The position numbers and the translations under genes were made by a program. From NCBI RefSeq assembly GCF_009914755.1, contig NC_060937.1: a DNA stretch of 64,000 bases. One strand, given 5' to 3'. Of the stretch, positions 1 through 18,016 are shown piece after piece. The notes under the pieces were generated by a model. That model did no database searches, was not told the DNA's origin, and was given only the letters and a program-made list of their open reading frames with translations. Position 1 is the stretch's first letter, and every line of letters begins with the position of its first letter. The stretch comes from the human T2T-CHM13v2.0 reference genome, Homo sapiens.

Positions 1-690
1 GGGACGCGGGGCAGGTTCGTGGCGCAGCCCGGGGAGACCTTGGGCGAGGCCTCCAGGCGGGGACAGGAAAGGGAACGGGAACGGGGACAGGGCGCAGGGC
101 AGAGGGCCGGGACGGAAACGGGGACAGGGCGCAGGGCAGAGCACAGAGCGCAGGGGCGCAGAGAAGGGGACGAAGACGGGGCCGGAGGCGCCTGAGGGGG
201 GCTCCGTGCGGGAATCGGCGGCGCCACCCAGCCCCGCACATCGCCGAGAGAGGCCCGCGTGCTTCTGAGAGCGCAGCCCCTGACGTTTCTGCTGCGCGCT
301 GGGACCGAACCTACAGGAAGCAAAACCCTAGAGGAAGAAGTCGGCGGCTTTTTGGCTCGGAGACAAAATGGAGCCCCGCGGATGCAGCCTGGGCTCCCTC
401 GGGCGCATCCCCAGAAGCTGCGGGTGTCCCCGGAGGACTTGAAGTCCTCCCGTGCGTCTCGATGCCACCAGTTTTTGTTTCTTTGGTGAGGAATCGGTTC
501 ACGGTGAAACTTCATTCCTCAGCCGGTGGGGAGCCGAGGCTGGGCCGGGCGGCGAGGGTTGCGCTGGGACGCACTGCCCCCTACTGGCCGCTGCGCCGCG
601 TTCCCAGCTGCTCGAGCGGGTGGTTCAGTGAACTCGGATTAATTTAAATACAGCCGTAGATTTGGCTTTTTTCCCTCCCGGGCGAATCTA
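1..690. promoter_or_regulatory. CpG island (3' part; truncated by the window edge), probable promoter/first-intron island
   Basis: Very GC-rich with dense CpGs (gcgcgc, cggcggcg, ggccgggcggcg), falling abruptly to AT-rich CpG-poor sequence after about 690. Confidence 0.9.
53..192 (+). repeat. T-free G/purine-skewed tract with a 25-bp direct repeat and G-quadruplex potential
   Basis: No T between 53 and 192; aacggggacagggcgcagggcagag at 80-104 and 117-141; many closely spaced GGG runs. Confidence 0.85.
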
Positions 691-3667
691 AATTTAAAAA
701 AAAAACTAGGGAGAGTACCAAACTTAAAATAATAAACAGACTGAAGGATATTATTTCTTAACCTTTATACAGCCTCCTAAAAGAGTGAAAATTTCATTGT
801 GAGTAAAATCAGAGTTTGGCTCTCTGGTATCCCTTCTGCTTTAATGTGCTTTGAGACTATTCTTATGAGACTAGAAATTCTTTGGTTAATGCATATTTAT
901 TAAAGACTAAATCATACTACTTTCCAAAATATTAGGCTCTATCAGCAATCCTTGATATGCAAAGAAACCATCTTAGTCCACCTCCAAGAGCAAAACAAAT
1001 AATGCAGTGAAATATCTTTAAAGTTCAAACAGAATGTTACCAGACATACTTGAGTTATAGCGTCCAAATTACTAGGTTACATAAATTGCTCACAAGCAAC
1101 CATCACCTGATCATTTTATGTTTTCTAATAACTTAAATGTCCCTAAATTGTAGAGTAGATTAATGCGTAATCGTTAAAGGAACTGTGCTAAAGTCAAAGT
1201 CACTTGCAAAGCCTGGATTGGAATTAATTGTCTCAAAATCCTTAGCCTACTGCTTCAACTACAGAACAATGCTCTGCCTTTATTAGTAAGTAGGAGAAAG
1301 AAGTTGTTGTGTCAAACACTTTATTGCAAATCCGAGGTTCAGCAGTGAATTCTAATTAATTTTATTATTAAAAAACCCCAAACTTTAAAACATTTTTTCA
1401 AAGGGTGGCAACTGTGGCATGGAAATGGATGGATCATTGTTTATTGAAGGGATGTCTCTGTTAGAGTTAGTTGTGTTTTGCTGAGTATAATTATTTTGGG
1501 GTTTGGAGGAACTGAGGTGGCTTTTCCTCCGGTTCTTCAAATTAAATAGCTGGATTGCACACATCTTCGTTGGGTTCTGGTTGAGTAAACTTCAGTGTAG
1601 TGGGGTGTCACATCACTTCCTGGATGAACAGTTGGTTGCCGAGAGCAGGTTTATTTAAAGCCAGAAACTCGTTTAAATAAGTCTTTGGTCACGCTGTTGA
1701 GGGGGCTGTTAATGCAGTGTGAGCAGCGACCATCCATGCATGGGGAAGTTGATAAAAGAATCTCTGGTTTTCTGACGATGTAGGTCTTAGTGGAGCCTTT
1801 TTGGTAAATCTAAGACTTTATGTTCATTTTATTATACACAGTCTTAATTTGAGTCTGAAAAGGGGAGCTCCAGGGCAGACATAAAATTAACTTCTCTTTC
1901 AGCGTCCTAACCTTTGGGTTTTAATTTATTCACTTGTCAATCTTATGAATGCCTCATGAACCCCAGCTATTGATTTCCGTGGCCAATGCTATTTTTCCTG
2001 TTTATTATAATATATTGTCCCATTGTTGCCGGCCGTTTGCGCTCAGTTAGATTTCCCACACAGCGGACAGGAAACCGTTCCATGGCATCAGACTTCCTTA
2101 GATTGATTTTCACAGAGGCAGGGAGGGACCTGCCCACTTCTGGGCCCTTTGTGCTGAGACTACACAGGGGCCCCAGCAACCCGCCTGTGTGGACGCTTCC
2201 TTCCAGGCCCCCAGTGCAGACAGCAGTCTCCCCAGGCCCTCCCACTGCAGTCCCACGCAGCCCCTGGGAAAAGCTCCCCTTATCAGCGCTGAATGTTATG
2301 TCATTTCTTTTTACTCACGATGTTTATTGTCTTTAGAGCCTGCTCTGTGGGAATGTTCTTTTCAAGGGCGACAATGGGGAACCGGGGAACAACACCGGTG
2401 AAATCACACAGCCCTGGAGCGCCAGGCCTTCCAGTTGCTTCATAATTAGAAAACAAAACACTCAGCTACAATACAAATGATGTTTTTACACTCCCTGGCT
2501 ACTGAATTATTTATTAATAAAAAGCTTTATCACCACTGCGTTACCTAACACCCTAAAAGTAGGTTACAAGAAAAACTGAGAACCCATTCGGGATGAACCG
2601 GAAGAATGAAAGGGCTCTTTCTAAAAAGTAGTCCATGTTTATGTTACTATTTTGAGTTGTACTGAACACCCGTAAGCTTTTTGGCAAACGTCAGCATGTG
2701 CCCCAGTGAGCTGGGATTTAAGAGACACCTGTCCTACCTATAGCCAACACTCAGTTTGAAATAATTTAAACTCAACAAACTGACTGAGACAGCACATGTG
2801 GGTGTTTTATATTTGTAAAAAGTAGGCCGCTACAATTATTGATTTGTTTAGATATGTACCATCAGACTCAAAATTATTTTTTTCTTATTGTAAATTTGTC
2901 TTCCTGGGACTAGTTTATTGCAAAATATAATACAAAATGTGCTGGATAACGTTGTTAAAAATGAGGCACCATCCTTTGAAAATGATTATTAATTTACACT
3001 CTGAAATCATGTTCCCCCAAGGAGCTCATTATCAATTAGAAAAGCTCCTGCAGTAAATAGTTGACAGATGAAGCCAGTTCCACAACCACAGCTACAAACC
3101 CACGGAGGAATCTATACGTAAAAGACGCTTTAGATTTTTGGGGCGGGGGGGGGGTGTTCGTTTTCTTTTCTTTTTTTTTTTTTTTTTTTTTATTTTCCGG
3201 AAGATTTCAGAGGTCATACAGAGAATGATGTAAATTTTAAGGAGACTTTATCCAGGGATATCAAAACAGAGGAATCTACAGAGAAGAAACTCAATTTCTA
3301 CTGCAGAGCTGTACGTGTCAGTAAGAATCATTTCCACCTGTGGAAATCGATGACCAATTTATAGATCTGAGTGAATGAATGATTTGGATCAATGAAAAAC
3401 GCAATCTTGTTCATTTGCATCTGCAGTGGGCAGTCCTTTTAGAGTTTGAGCTTCATTAAATCATTTCCATAGTTTAGAATTAATTGAATCAATTAATTAA
3501 TTAAATCACAACAAGGCTCTCAGATAGAGGAAGTTACAGACATATGCATTTCTATTTTACTAATTTGGAAACAGAAGGCCGCAGGTATTGCATATGCAAT
3601 TGTATCTTCCCAGCAAGCAGCCTGGATGGGAGGCAGGCTTCAGTTCCACTGTTATCCGTTTTTTGTT

Positions 3668-3672
<5 letters not shown>

Positions 3673-3704
<32 letters not shown>
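3673..3704. repeat. (GT)16 microsatellite
   Basis: Read directly from the sequence. Confidence 0.95.
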
Positions 3705-3706
<2 letters not shown>

Positions 3707-4268
3707 CGGGGAGGGGAACTTATCTTCTAGTGAATACGTATTAGGAATTAAAATGGATGAGCAGATCATTTAATTTGACATGAATAGATATTCGTACATG
3801 TCCCAGGTAGGTTCTGCTTCAGGATGAATATGGGGAAATGCGGTGCATCCTGGGAGAAGTTTATTCCCTGTCACCCACTTGATGAAGTGACTGATACTGC
3901 AGTGTACAGATTTGATGAGATTATTAATAGAGGCAGGTGGGCCATGTGGAAGGCATGCTACTATGTTAATTATGAATGTCAACATTTATTCTCTAATGGA
4001 TATTCATGGTTTCATATTTCTCACTTACTTTTTTCTTAGGCCATAGTTTCAATCTTTTATAAACCTTGGTCGATATCAACAGATTATTTGAACTGGATCC
4101 AAGGATTTTTGTTCACAACTTTCTTTATACAGTGATTCCAGATGAAAGGCTACGAAAACGTTGTCTTGAATATTTTTGAGAACATGGTTCTTGTTCTCTT
4201 GGGAGAGTGCATAGGATAGGGATCTTAGGTGCCTTTCCTGGCTCTCTGATTTTAGAGTCAAAAGTTGA

Positions 4269-5060
<792 letters not shown>

Positions 5061-6233
5061 CCTCAAAATAAAAATAAAAAATAAAAAATAAACAAAAAAA
5101 AAAACAAACCATGTAGAGAAAGAATCATTAGAGAACAGTCACAGAAATTGTGTCAGTGAATCCTTGTAAAATCTTTACTCAGGAAGCTGTTTGTCATGTA
5201 ACAAAGTCTCTTTTACATGAAAACTTCATCTAGTGTTGATACACTTTTGCTAGGGGATTGTAGGGTTGTGAGGTTCAATCCATTGCATTTTTAATAGATT
5301 ATATATATAAATTGCACAGTGAGAAGCTGCAAACATAGGCATGTTCGTCACCTTACCTATTGCTCTGGGTCTTGAGAATGTTTTGCGTGCTTGTTTCTTC
5401 ATAATATTTTTGCTAAAGTACAGCATAGAGGACACTCACCTCTCAGAGCCCCAAAGAACATAAAAGTGGTTATCACACCATATTGTCCTTATGAGTCATC
5501 TCAAAAATGAAGGAGGGAAGCCGGTCACCTCATGAGGCAAGAGCATTTATCAGCCAGGGCCACGGTGCCTGATGGCGGATGAATTCCTTTTCTTAGGTAG
5601 CTTTTTCTCTGCCTAAATTATGAAATAGTTCAAGGAAAGGGACATCACTACCAAAGGACAGAGAAAATTATGTTTTCTCTTGACCAGGAAATACATGAGT
5701 TTATTTCCGTTGTTTGTTAAAAACAAACAAACAAAACTCTTCTGATTGAGGGCTCTCTTTGGAGCTTTAGAATCTACCTGTCACTGCCTTAAAAAAAACA
5801 GGCTAATTAATACATTCGTACTTTGGAAAGGAGAAGGGACTGTCCCTTGATATTTGGCCAAGTAGTGTTCTAAAATACTGAGTGATGAGAGGGGTCCAGG
5901 AAGATAAAGGCTGAGCAGTGTTTACAAGCTCCGATGATAAAGACGTATTTGGTGCTGTTTGTCAGAGTCTTTCTGGGGAGTCCTGGGGGCAGAAAGCAGA
6001 TGGCAGCCTGTAGGAAGAATGCATGGGAGGTGAGGAGGGAGAGGAAGGGGATGGAGAGATCACTTCTAGCACATGGAAGCAGCTTGGCTGAGAAGGGAAA
6101 GAAAGCTAGAAAGGTGAAGGCTAGAAAGGGATACGGAGTCAGAGTAATTTTTGTTTCTTTGTTTTACTTTAGGAAATAACTGAGGCTGTTTAGAAGCGGT
6201 GGATAATTGTGTGCGAGACAGAAATAAGAGGAG

Positions 6234-8563
6234 AGGCCTCTGTCTGCTTAGGCTGCTGTCACAAAAATGTCATAGCCTGGGTGGGTCATGAGCCACAGAA
6301 ATTGATCTCTCACAGTTCTGGAGGCTCTAAGATTAAGATCAAGGTGCCGGCTGACTGTAGGTCTGATGAGGGCTGCTTTCTGGTTCCTAGATGGCTGTCT
6401 TCTCCCTGTGTTCTCACCTGGCACAGAGGATGAGGCAGCTCTCTGGCTCTTGGGCTCTCTTTCATAAGGGGTTTTATAATCCTATTTTATAAGGGATTTT
6501 ATAGTCCCTTTTATGAAGGTGGAATCTTCCTGACCTAATCACCTACCAGAGGCCCCACCTTCAAATACCATCACACTGGGGGTTAGAATTTTAACACGTG
6601 AATTTGTGGTGCGGGGGATAGTACAAACATTCAGTCTATACCATTCTACCCCTCCCTCCACCACAAATTAACATCCTTCTCATATGCAGATATATTCATT
6701 ACATACAAAGAGCCCTCAAAGTCTTAACTTTGTTATAGCACCAACACTGAAGTCTAAAATCCAAAGTCTTATCTAAATATCTTCTCAACCGAATATGGCT
6801 GAGACTCAAGGTACAATTCATCCTCAGGTAAATTTCTCTCCAGTTGTGAATCTGTGAAACCACACATGTTATGTGCTTCCGAAATACAACAGTGGGACTG
6901 GTGTAGGACAGACATTTCCATTCCAAAAGGGAGAACTAGGAAGAAGGAGGTAACAGGCCCACATGAGTTTAAGCTACAGGCACACTCCCCGAGATCCTAA
7001 GGCTGGAGAATAATCCTCTTTGGCTCAATGTTCTGCCCTCCAGGTCCACTGAAGTGGCAATGCCACCCCATGGCATGGTGGAATGGCCCTGGGGCAGCTC
7101 ACTGCCTGGGTCCTGCCCCTGTGGTTCAGGAAATCTCCATCGCTTGACATCTTGGTGTAGGCAGCACGTCCCCGGGACCCGTGTACTATGAAAGCCAGTG
7201 AAGATGGCACCATGAGGGTGCCATCAAGTTTTTGCAACTTGGGCCCTCCAGAAGGGTGGCTGTTGTGGCCCCTCCCTCACTGAGACCTGCTGGAGCCATA
7301 CCTGGGGTGGCCAAGGACTGCAGCACCAGAGTGTGGGGAGCAGAGCCCATGATGTGAGGAGGCACCGGGTGGGGTGTCAGGGTCCTGTAGGCACCAGAAA
7401 CTGCTCTCTCCTTCTTTTAAAACTGCTTTCCAAACCACTCTCCCACCCCGCAAGCCCCATACTCTGGACCTATGATGAGAAAGACAGCTCTGAGGATCTG
7501 AGGATCTCTGAATCACTTTGCAGGTAATTCTTCCATTGTTTTAGAGAGTAGCACCTAATGGCTGATCCATACTAATCTCTTTATCTGAGATTTATTTCTC
7601 ATATTTTACAGAATGTTCTCATATTTTACATTGAATGTTCTCATGTTTTACAGAATGGATAGGCTGAGAAATTTCCAAATCTTTTAAGTTTTGCTTTTTT
7701 TTCTCCTTACCAATTCTGTCTTTACGTCATGTCTCTTTTCTTGCATTTTACTATAAGCGGTCAGGCGGAACTAAGCTGCACCTTTAGCACTTTGCTTAGA
7801 AATTACTTGAGCTAAACGTCCCATTTCATTGCTTTCTAGTTCTGCCTTTCACAAAACACTAGAACATGAACAGAATTTGACCGAGATCTTTGCCACTGTA
7901 TATGAAAGGTCACCTTTCTTCATTGTCCAGTATGTTCCTCATTTCTGTCTGACCTCATCAGAATGAACTCCACCATCCCTATTTCTACCAACATTCCGTT
8001 CAGGATTATTTCAGGTGTTCTCTAAGAAGACTGAAGCTTTCTCTACAGCTCTCTTCTTTTCTTTCTGAGCCCTTGTCAGAATTGCCATTAATGGTTTGTT
8101 CATGGCAATGTAACTTTTTCTAGCATGCACCTCAAAGATCTCCCAGCCTCTGCTCATTACCCAGCTCCAAAGACATTTGGAACATTTTTAGATATTTGTT
8201 AGAGCAGCACCCCCACTTCTTAGTACCAATTTCTGTCTTAGTCTGTTTAGGCACGTAACAAAAATACAATAGACTGGGTGGCTTATAAACAATAGAAATT
8301 TATTTCTCACATTTCTGGAGGCTGGGAAATCCAAGATCAAGGCAGTGGAAGACTTGGCATCTGGTGAAGGTCTACTTCCTGGTTTGTAGATGGTACGTGG
8401 GAGGGGTAAGAGAGCTCTCCAGAGTCTCTGTTAAAGTCACTAATCCCATTCCTAACTACCTAATCACCTACCAATGGGTCCATCTCCAAATACCATCACA
8501 ATGGAGGTTAGGATTTCAACATATGAATTTGGGGGGCAGGACACAAATATTCAGTCTATAGCA
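6234..8563 (-). mobile_element. Complete MaLR provirus, MLT1A-type (3' LTR 6234-6643, internal 6644-8233, 5' LTR 8234-8563)
   Basis: Two related LTRs both ending ..ttcagtctata(c/g)ca; polypurine tract next to 6644 on the minus strand; MaLR internal terminus agcagcacccccac..gtaccaatttc just before 8234. Left edge approximate. Confidence 0.85.
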
Positions 8564-8895
8564 AAAGCATAAAAATATTTGAGCAGGGGAATGAGAGCAA
8601 GAATGAGTCTTTTTTCTTATCACTCCTAAGTGATCTTAATAAGCACAAGCACTAACCCCCCATGACTGTCGGATCTCCAGCCCGGGTTTCTCATCTGGAC
8701 TGATTCACAGCCACCAGGATGTTCCCTCCTAAAACTCTGTCTCCCAAGTCCTCATTAACAACACAAAGAGAGAACACATTAGGTTTGATGAATTCTAGTA
8801 GCTTGCATTAGACTCCTGTCTTCTTGACTTCTCCATACCAATTGCCTTCTAATTTCTCACCCCCTTTTGATCTAAAGATTTATGTATGTTGCTGG

Positions 8896-9202
<307 letters not shown>

Positions 9203-9429
9203 AGATTTATGTATGTTGCTGGGCCAGTTTTCCTAAATCACATTTGATTCTCTTGATTTAAAATTGCTTGGTGGTTCCCCATCAATTATGTTTGGATAAA
9301 TCTCAACCTCCTTATCTTGGAAGATGAGACGAGGTATATCATACAAGTCTGTCTGTCAATCTGGTTGTGCCCTTTCTTCATACACATTGAATTTGTGGTC
9401 ATGCCAAACTTCACACTTGCAGCTCATTA

Positions 9430-9670
9430 AACACATTGTGTGGGCCTTGGAGAGTGTCAGCTGGTGTCACATTTCTCATCCACCACCTATGCATCTTGTC
9501 AACTTGGGCAGGTTACTTAACATTTGTCCAAGTTTTCTTATGTGTAAAGTGAGGTAAACAGCACCTACTTCACTGCGTTGTTGAGAATATTTAATATGGC
9601 GATACTTTAAAGTCCTTGGAACAGAGTCTAGGGCAGAATAATTGTTCGAATTTTATCTATCATTATTATC
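9430..9670 (+). mobile_element. MIR SINE
   Basis: Core cttgggcaggttacttaac..gttttcttatgtgtaaagtgagg..cacctacttca; 3' tattatt tail. Confidence 0.75.
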
Positions 9671-10123
9671 AATGCTATTATTGTGATTACATGTCTTCAG
9701 TTCGTTCTCATATTAGCTCTTGTCTCTTGGGCTATTCTCCCACATTTCTTCGAGTTGGTCAAATTCCTGTCTTAGGATTCAGTCAAAATGCGAACTCTTC
9801 TATCTCTCCTGAATGTCCTCAAGCCATTAGCCTCATCCACACTGGTTTCCTGCCTTTTCCAGGGGTGTTTTTGTGTGTACAGATATCCCTGGCAGCCCTT
9901 TGGCATCAGTGGAAATTATTTGTTGACATGTCTGTCTCTTCCAGTGTATTATAAAACCTTCAACAGCAAAGGCCATGCTGTGTTCACATTTGTACTTCTA
10001 GCACTTCATAAAAATGTTATCTTCTCATTAAACTTAGTAAAATACAAATAATATCCTTCAACAGTTAATGTGTCTGTGTTTCATAAAGTATTACTTAGAC
10101 AAATCAGATATATGACTATATAA

Positions 10124-10510
<387 letters not shown>

Positions 10511-11911
10511 TAGGCCCACTGATGGAACCACCACAAAGCAAAAACCATAGTGAATCCTAAAAACCAATAGCATGCTTGCCAAGGGAAAAAAAATTAGAAT
10601 CAGGAGCTCAAGTTTCAGTCTTTACTTAAATTCTGTAAAGTTAAAGTTTCTCATCCGGTATGTGTAGAATATTTAAAACATGAAATTATATTTAGGAGTT
10701 TCTGTCACTGTCTAACTTAGATTGACACAGTCAGTCCCTTATACTGACTTATAATAATTTATACTTTGCTTATTTCATTAACCTCTCACCTTTTTAACAA
10801 GCTGATCTGACTCTGTCAGTTTTATTCAAATATTCCGACATTACTGACTCATTTTTCTCACTCCCAAATATTCAGATTTTACCTTCGCTATTTGATGTTC
10901 AAAAGTGATATTTTGAGCGTGGATGATAATGAACAGCAAACCTTTGAGGAAGATGCCAAGCATAGCTGGATATTTGTGCCTTTAGTGGTATTTTTCACAA
11001 AGTTAGAGTTTGTGAGGTCACAAAGCATCCATATTGTGCTTTAAAGTAATGCATAGAAATGTGATAGCTCTCACTTGAGAATAATAAGAAACTATAAGTA
11101 GACCAAAGTATAACTTTGAAGACATTAAAACTTTAAAGACATTTACATGAAACTCTCAATGCTTATGTTGTATTTGATGTTACGGTGTGATGCCAGTGAG
11201 TTATCTCAGGCTGTGATAAGATCCCCTTTCCAGGAGCGATGCAAACTTCTCCCAATTTGTTGCGAAGGTTCTCATCAGTTTTATCAGAACCCAGAATCTT
11301 CCTGTCTCCTTTTCCACCTGGAGACATAGCTAGCCTCCCCTGTGGTCACCAGGCCAACTGTCATCATCTACTGGCTAGATAGCTCTCTGAGACTGGTCCA
11401 ATGTAGATTTCTAGACAGCTTTCTTTCTATGTCCAACTCTGATCCCATGAAAATTGTGCAACATTTTAAATCAATAGACCCTTATGATTTTTATTTGGTT
11501 ATCACTAGTGGTACTGTAAGTAATCTTTTTCATTATTATTAATACTATTACTATTATTTTAGGAATTTTCTTTGAAAAAATACAGGTAACTTTAATGAGG
11601 TTAAAAAAATCTGAGTTTGTTAGCCTGTCTTTTTGGTTAACTGGGTTATCTCTCAAACTGTTACCAGCAATGTATTAATATTTTCTCTTTCTTTTTTTTT
11701 TTTTTAATTATACTTTAAGTTTTAGGGTACATGTGCACATTGTGCAGGTTAGTTACATATGTATACATGTGCCATGCTGGTGCGCTGCACCCACTAACTC
11801 GTCATCTACAATTAGGTATATCTCCCAATGCTATCCCTCCCCCCTACCCCCACCCCACCACAGTCCCGAGAGTGTGATATTCCCCTTCCTGTGTCCATGT
11901 GATCTCATTGT

Positions 11912-15766
<3,855 letters not shown>

Positions 15767-15802
15767 TTAGTTGATGCAGTTTCTTCCTAGTCTCGATGGT
15801 CT

Positions 15803-16818
15803 TTATATTTTGGCATGGTTTTGCGGTGGCTGGTACCGGTTGTTCCTTTCCATGTTTAGCGCTTCCTTCAGGAGCTCTTTTAGGGCAGGCCTGGTGGTGA
15901 CAAAATCTCTCAGCATTTGCTTCTCTGTAAAGTATTTTATTTCTCCTTCACTTATGAAGCTTAGTTTGGCTGGATATGAAATTCTGGGTTGAAAATTCTT
16001 TTCTTTAAGAATTTGAATATTGGCCCCCACTCTCTTCTGACTTGTAGGGTTTCTGCCGAGAGATCCACTGTTAGTCTGATGGGCTTCCCTTTGAGGGTAA
16101 CCCGACCTTTCTCTCTGGCTGCCCTTAACATTTTTTCCTTCATTTCAACTTTGGTGAATCTGACAATTATGTGTCTTGGAGTTGCTCTTCTCAAGGAGTA
16201 TCTTTGTGGCGTTCTCTGTATTTCCAGAATCTGAACGTTGGCCTGCCTTGCTAGATTGGGGAAGTTCTCCTGGATAATATCCTGCAGAGTGTTTTCCAAC
16301 TTGGTTCCATTCTCCCCATCACTTTCAGGTACACCAATCAGACGTAGATTTGGTCTTTTCACATGGTCCCATATTTCTTGGAGGCTTTGCTCATTTTTTT
16401 TTATTCTTTTTTCTCTAAACTTCCCTTCTCGCTTCATTTCATTCATTTCATCTTCCATTGCTGATACCCTTTCTTCCAGTTGATCACATCGGCTCCTGAG
16501 GCTTCTGCATTCTTCACGTAGTTCTCGAGCCTTGGTTTTCAGCTCCATCAGCTCCTTTAAGCACTTCTCTTTATTGGTTATTCTAGTTATACATTCTTCT
16601 AAATTTTTTTCAAAGTTTTCAACTTCTTTGCCTTTGGTTTGAATGTCCTCCCATAGCTCAGAGTAATTTGATCGTCTGAAGCCTTTTTCTCTCAGCTCGT
16701 CAAAGTCATTCTCCATCCAGCTTTGTTCCACTGCTAGTGAGGAACTGCGTTCCTTTGGAGGAGGAGAGGTGCTCTGCGTTTTAGAGTTTTCAGTTTTTCT
16801 GCTCTGTTTTTTCCCCAT
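15803..16818 (-). pseudogene. L1 ORF1 with a 1-nt deletion frameshift near 16013
   Basis: Starts MGKKQSRK; span 1016 nt versus canonical 1017; frame changes after WGPIF and the remainder ILKEKNFQPRISYPAKL lies in another frame. Confidence 0.95.
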
Positions 16819-17727
16819 CTTTGTGGTTTTATCTACTTTTGGTCTTTGACAATGGTGATGTACAGATGGGTTTTTGGTGTGGATGTCCTTTCTGTTTGTT
16901 AGTTTTCCTTCTAACAGACAGGACCCTCAGCTGCAGGTCTGTTGGAATACCCTGCCGTGTGAGGTGTCAGTGTGCCCCTGCTGGGGGGTGCCTCCCAGTT
17001 AGGCTGCTCAGGGGTCAGGGGTCAGGGACCCACTTGAAGAGGCAGTCTGCCCGTTCTCAGATCTCCAGCTGCGTGCTGGGAGAACCAGTGCTCTCTTCAA
17101 AGCTGTCAGACAGGGACATTTAAGTCTGCAGAGGTTACTGCTGTCTTTTTGTTTGTCTGTGCCCTGCCCTCAGAGGTGGAGCCTACAGAGGCAGGCAGGC
17201 CTCCTTGAGCTGTGGTGGGCTCCACCCAGTTCGAGCTTCCCAGCTGCTTTGTTTACCTAATCAAGCCTGTGCAATGGCGGGCGCCCCTCCCCCAGCCTTG
17301 CTGCCGCCTTGCAGTTTGATCTCAGACTGCTGTGCTAGCAATCAGCGAGACTCCGTGGGCGTAGGACCCTCCGAGCCAGGTGCGGGATATAATCTCGTGG
17401 TGCACGGTTTTTTAAGCCGGTCCGAAAAGCGCAATATTCGGGTGGGAGTGACCCGATTTTCCAGGTGCGTCTGTCACCCCTTTCTTTGTCTCGGAAAGGG
17501 AACTCCCTGACCCCTTGCGCTTCCCAAGTGAGGCAATGCCTCGCCCTGCTTCGGCTCGCGCATGGTGCGCACACCCACTGACCTGCGCCCACTGTCTGGC
17601 ACTCCCTAGTGAGATGAACCTGGTACCTCAGATGGAAATGCAGAAATCACCCGTCTTCTGCGTCGCTCACGCTGGGAGCTGTAGACTGGAGCTGTTCCTA
17701 TTCGGCCATCTTGGCTCCTCTCTCCCC
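16819..17727 (-). promoter_or_regulatory. L1 5'UTR: sense promoter (YY1 site 17703-17713) and antisense-promoter region firing in the + direction
   Basis: CpG-containing 5'UTR; cggccatcttg is the reverse complement of the YY1 motif CAAGATGGCCG. Antisense promoter location comes from established L1 biology. Confidence 0.85.
17274..17510 (+). CDS. ORF0: L1 ORF0, open, extended to 78 aa by stop-loss
   Basis: gcaATGGcg start; MAGAPPPALLPPCSLISDCCASNQRDSVGVGPSEPG...HPFL then TGT where the consensus has TGA, adding CLGKGTP; CAG|GTGCG donors at 17379/17380 and 17464/17465. Expression not shown. Confidence 0.7.
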   Translation: MAGAPPPALLPPCSLISDCCASNQRDSVGVGPSEPGAGYNLVVHGFLSRSEKRNIRVGVTRFSRCVCHPFLCLGKGTP

Positions 17728-18016
17728 ATTATTTTCTCTTTCAAATATATGTAAGTATATTTGAGACCCATTTTGAGACAGAATCGAAAATACTCTAACT
17801 TTTGAAATGTGGTATCACTGTGTGCCTCTGAGGCCTGGTTCTACCTGAAGACCTGGCTCTGCCTAGGAAAACAGTCATAGTATTAATTGCATAGTTATAA
17901 CATGAAAATGTCAAGGCTGTGTTAAAACTGAATTTATCCAATGACAGATGCTCTACAATGGTCTGTCAACAGATCTATGCAGTACCTGTGGAAACCACTG
18001 CTCATAATAATATTCT

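Noticed and set aside
259-647. Short ORFs in the CpG island
   Set aside because: Expected from high GC content and stop-codon scarcity; the + strand ones lack a clear ATG start and none resembles a known protein.
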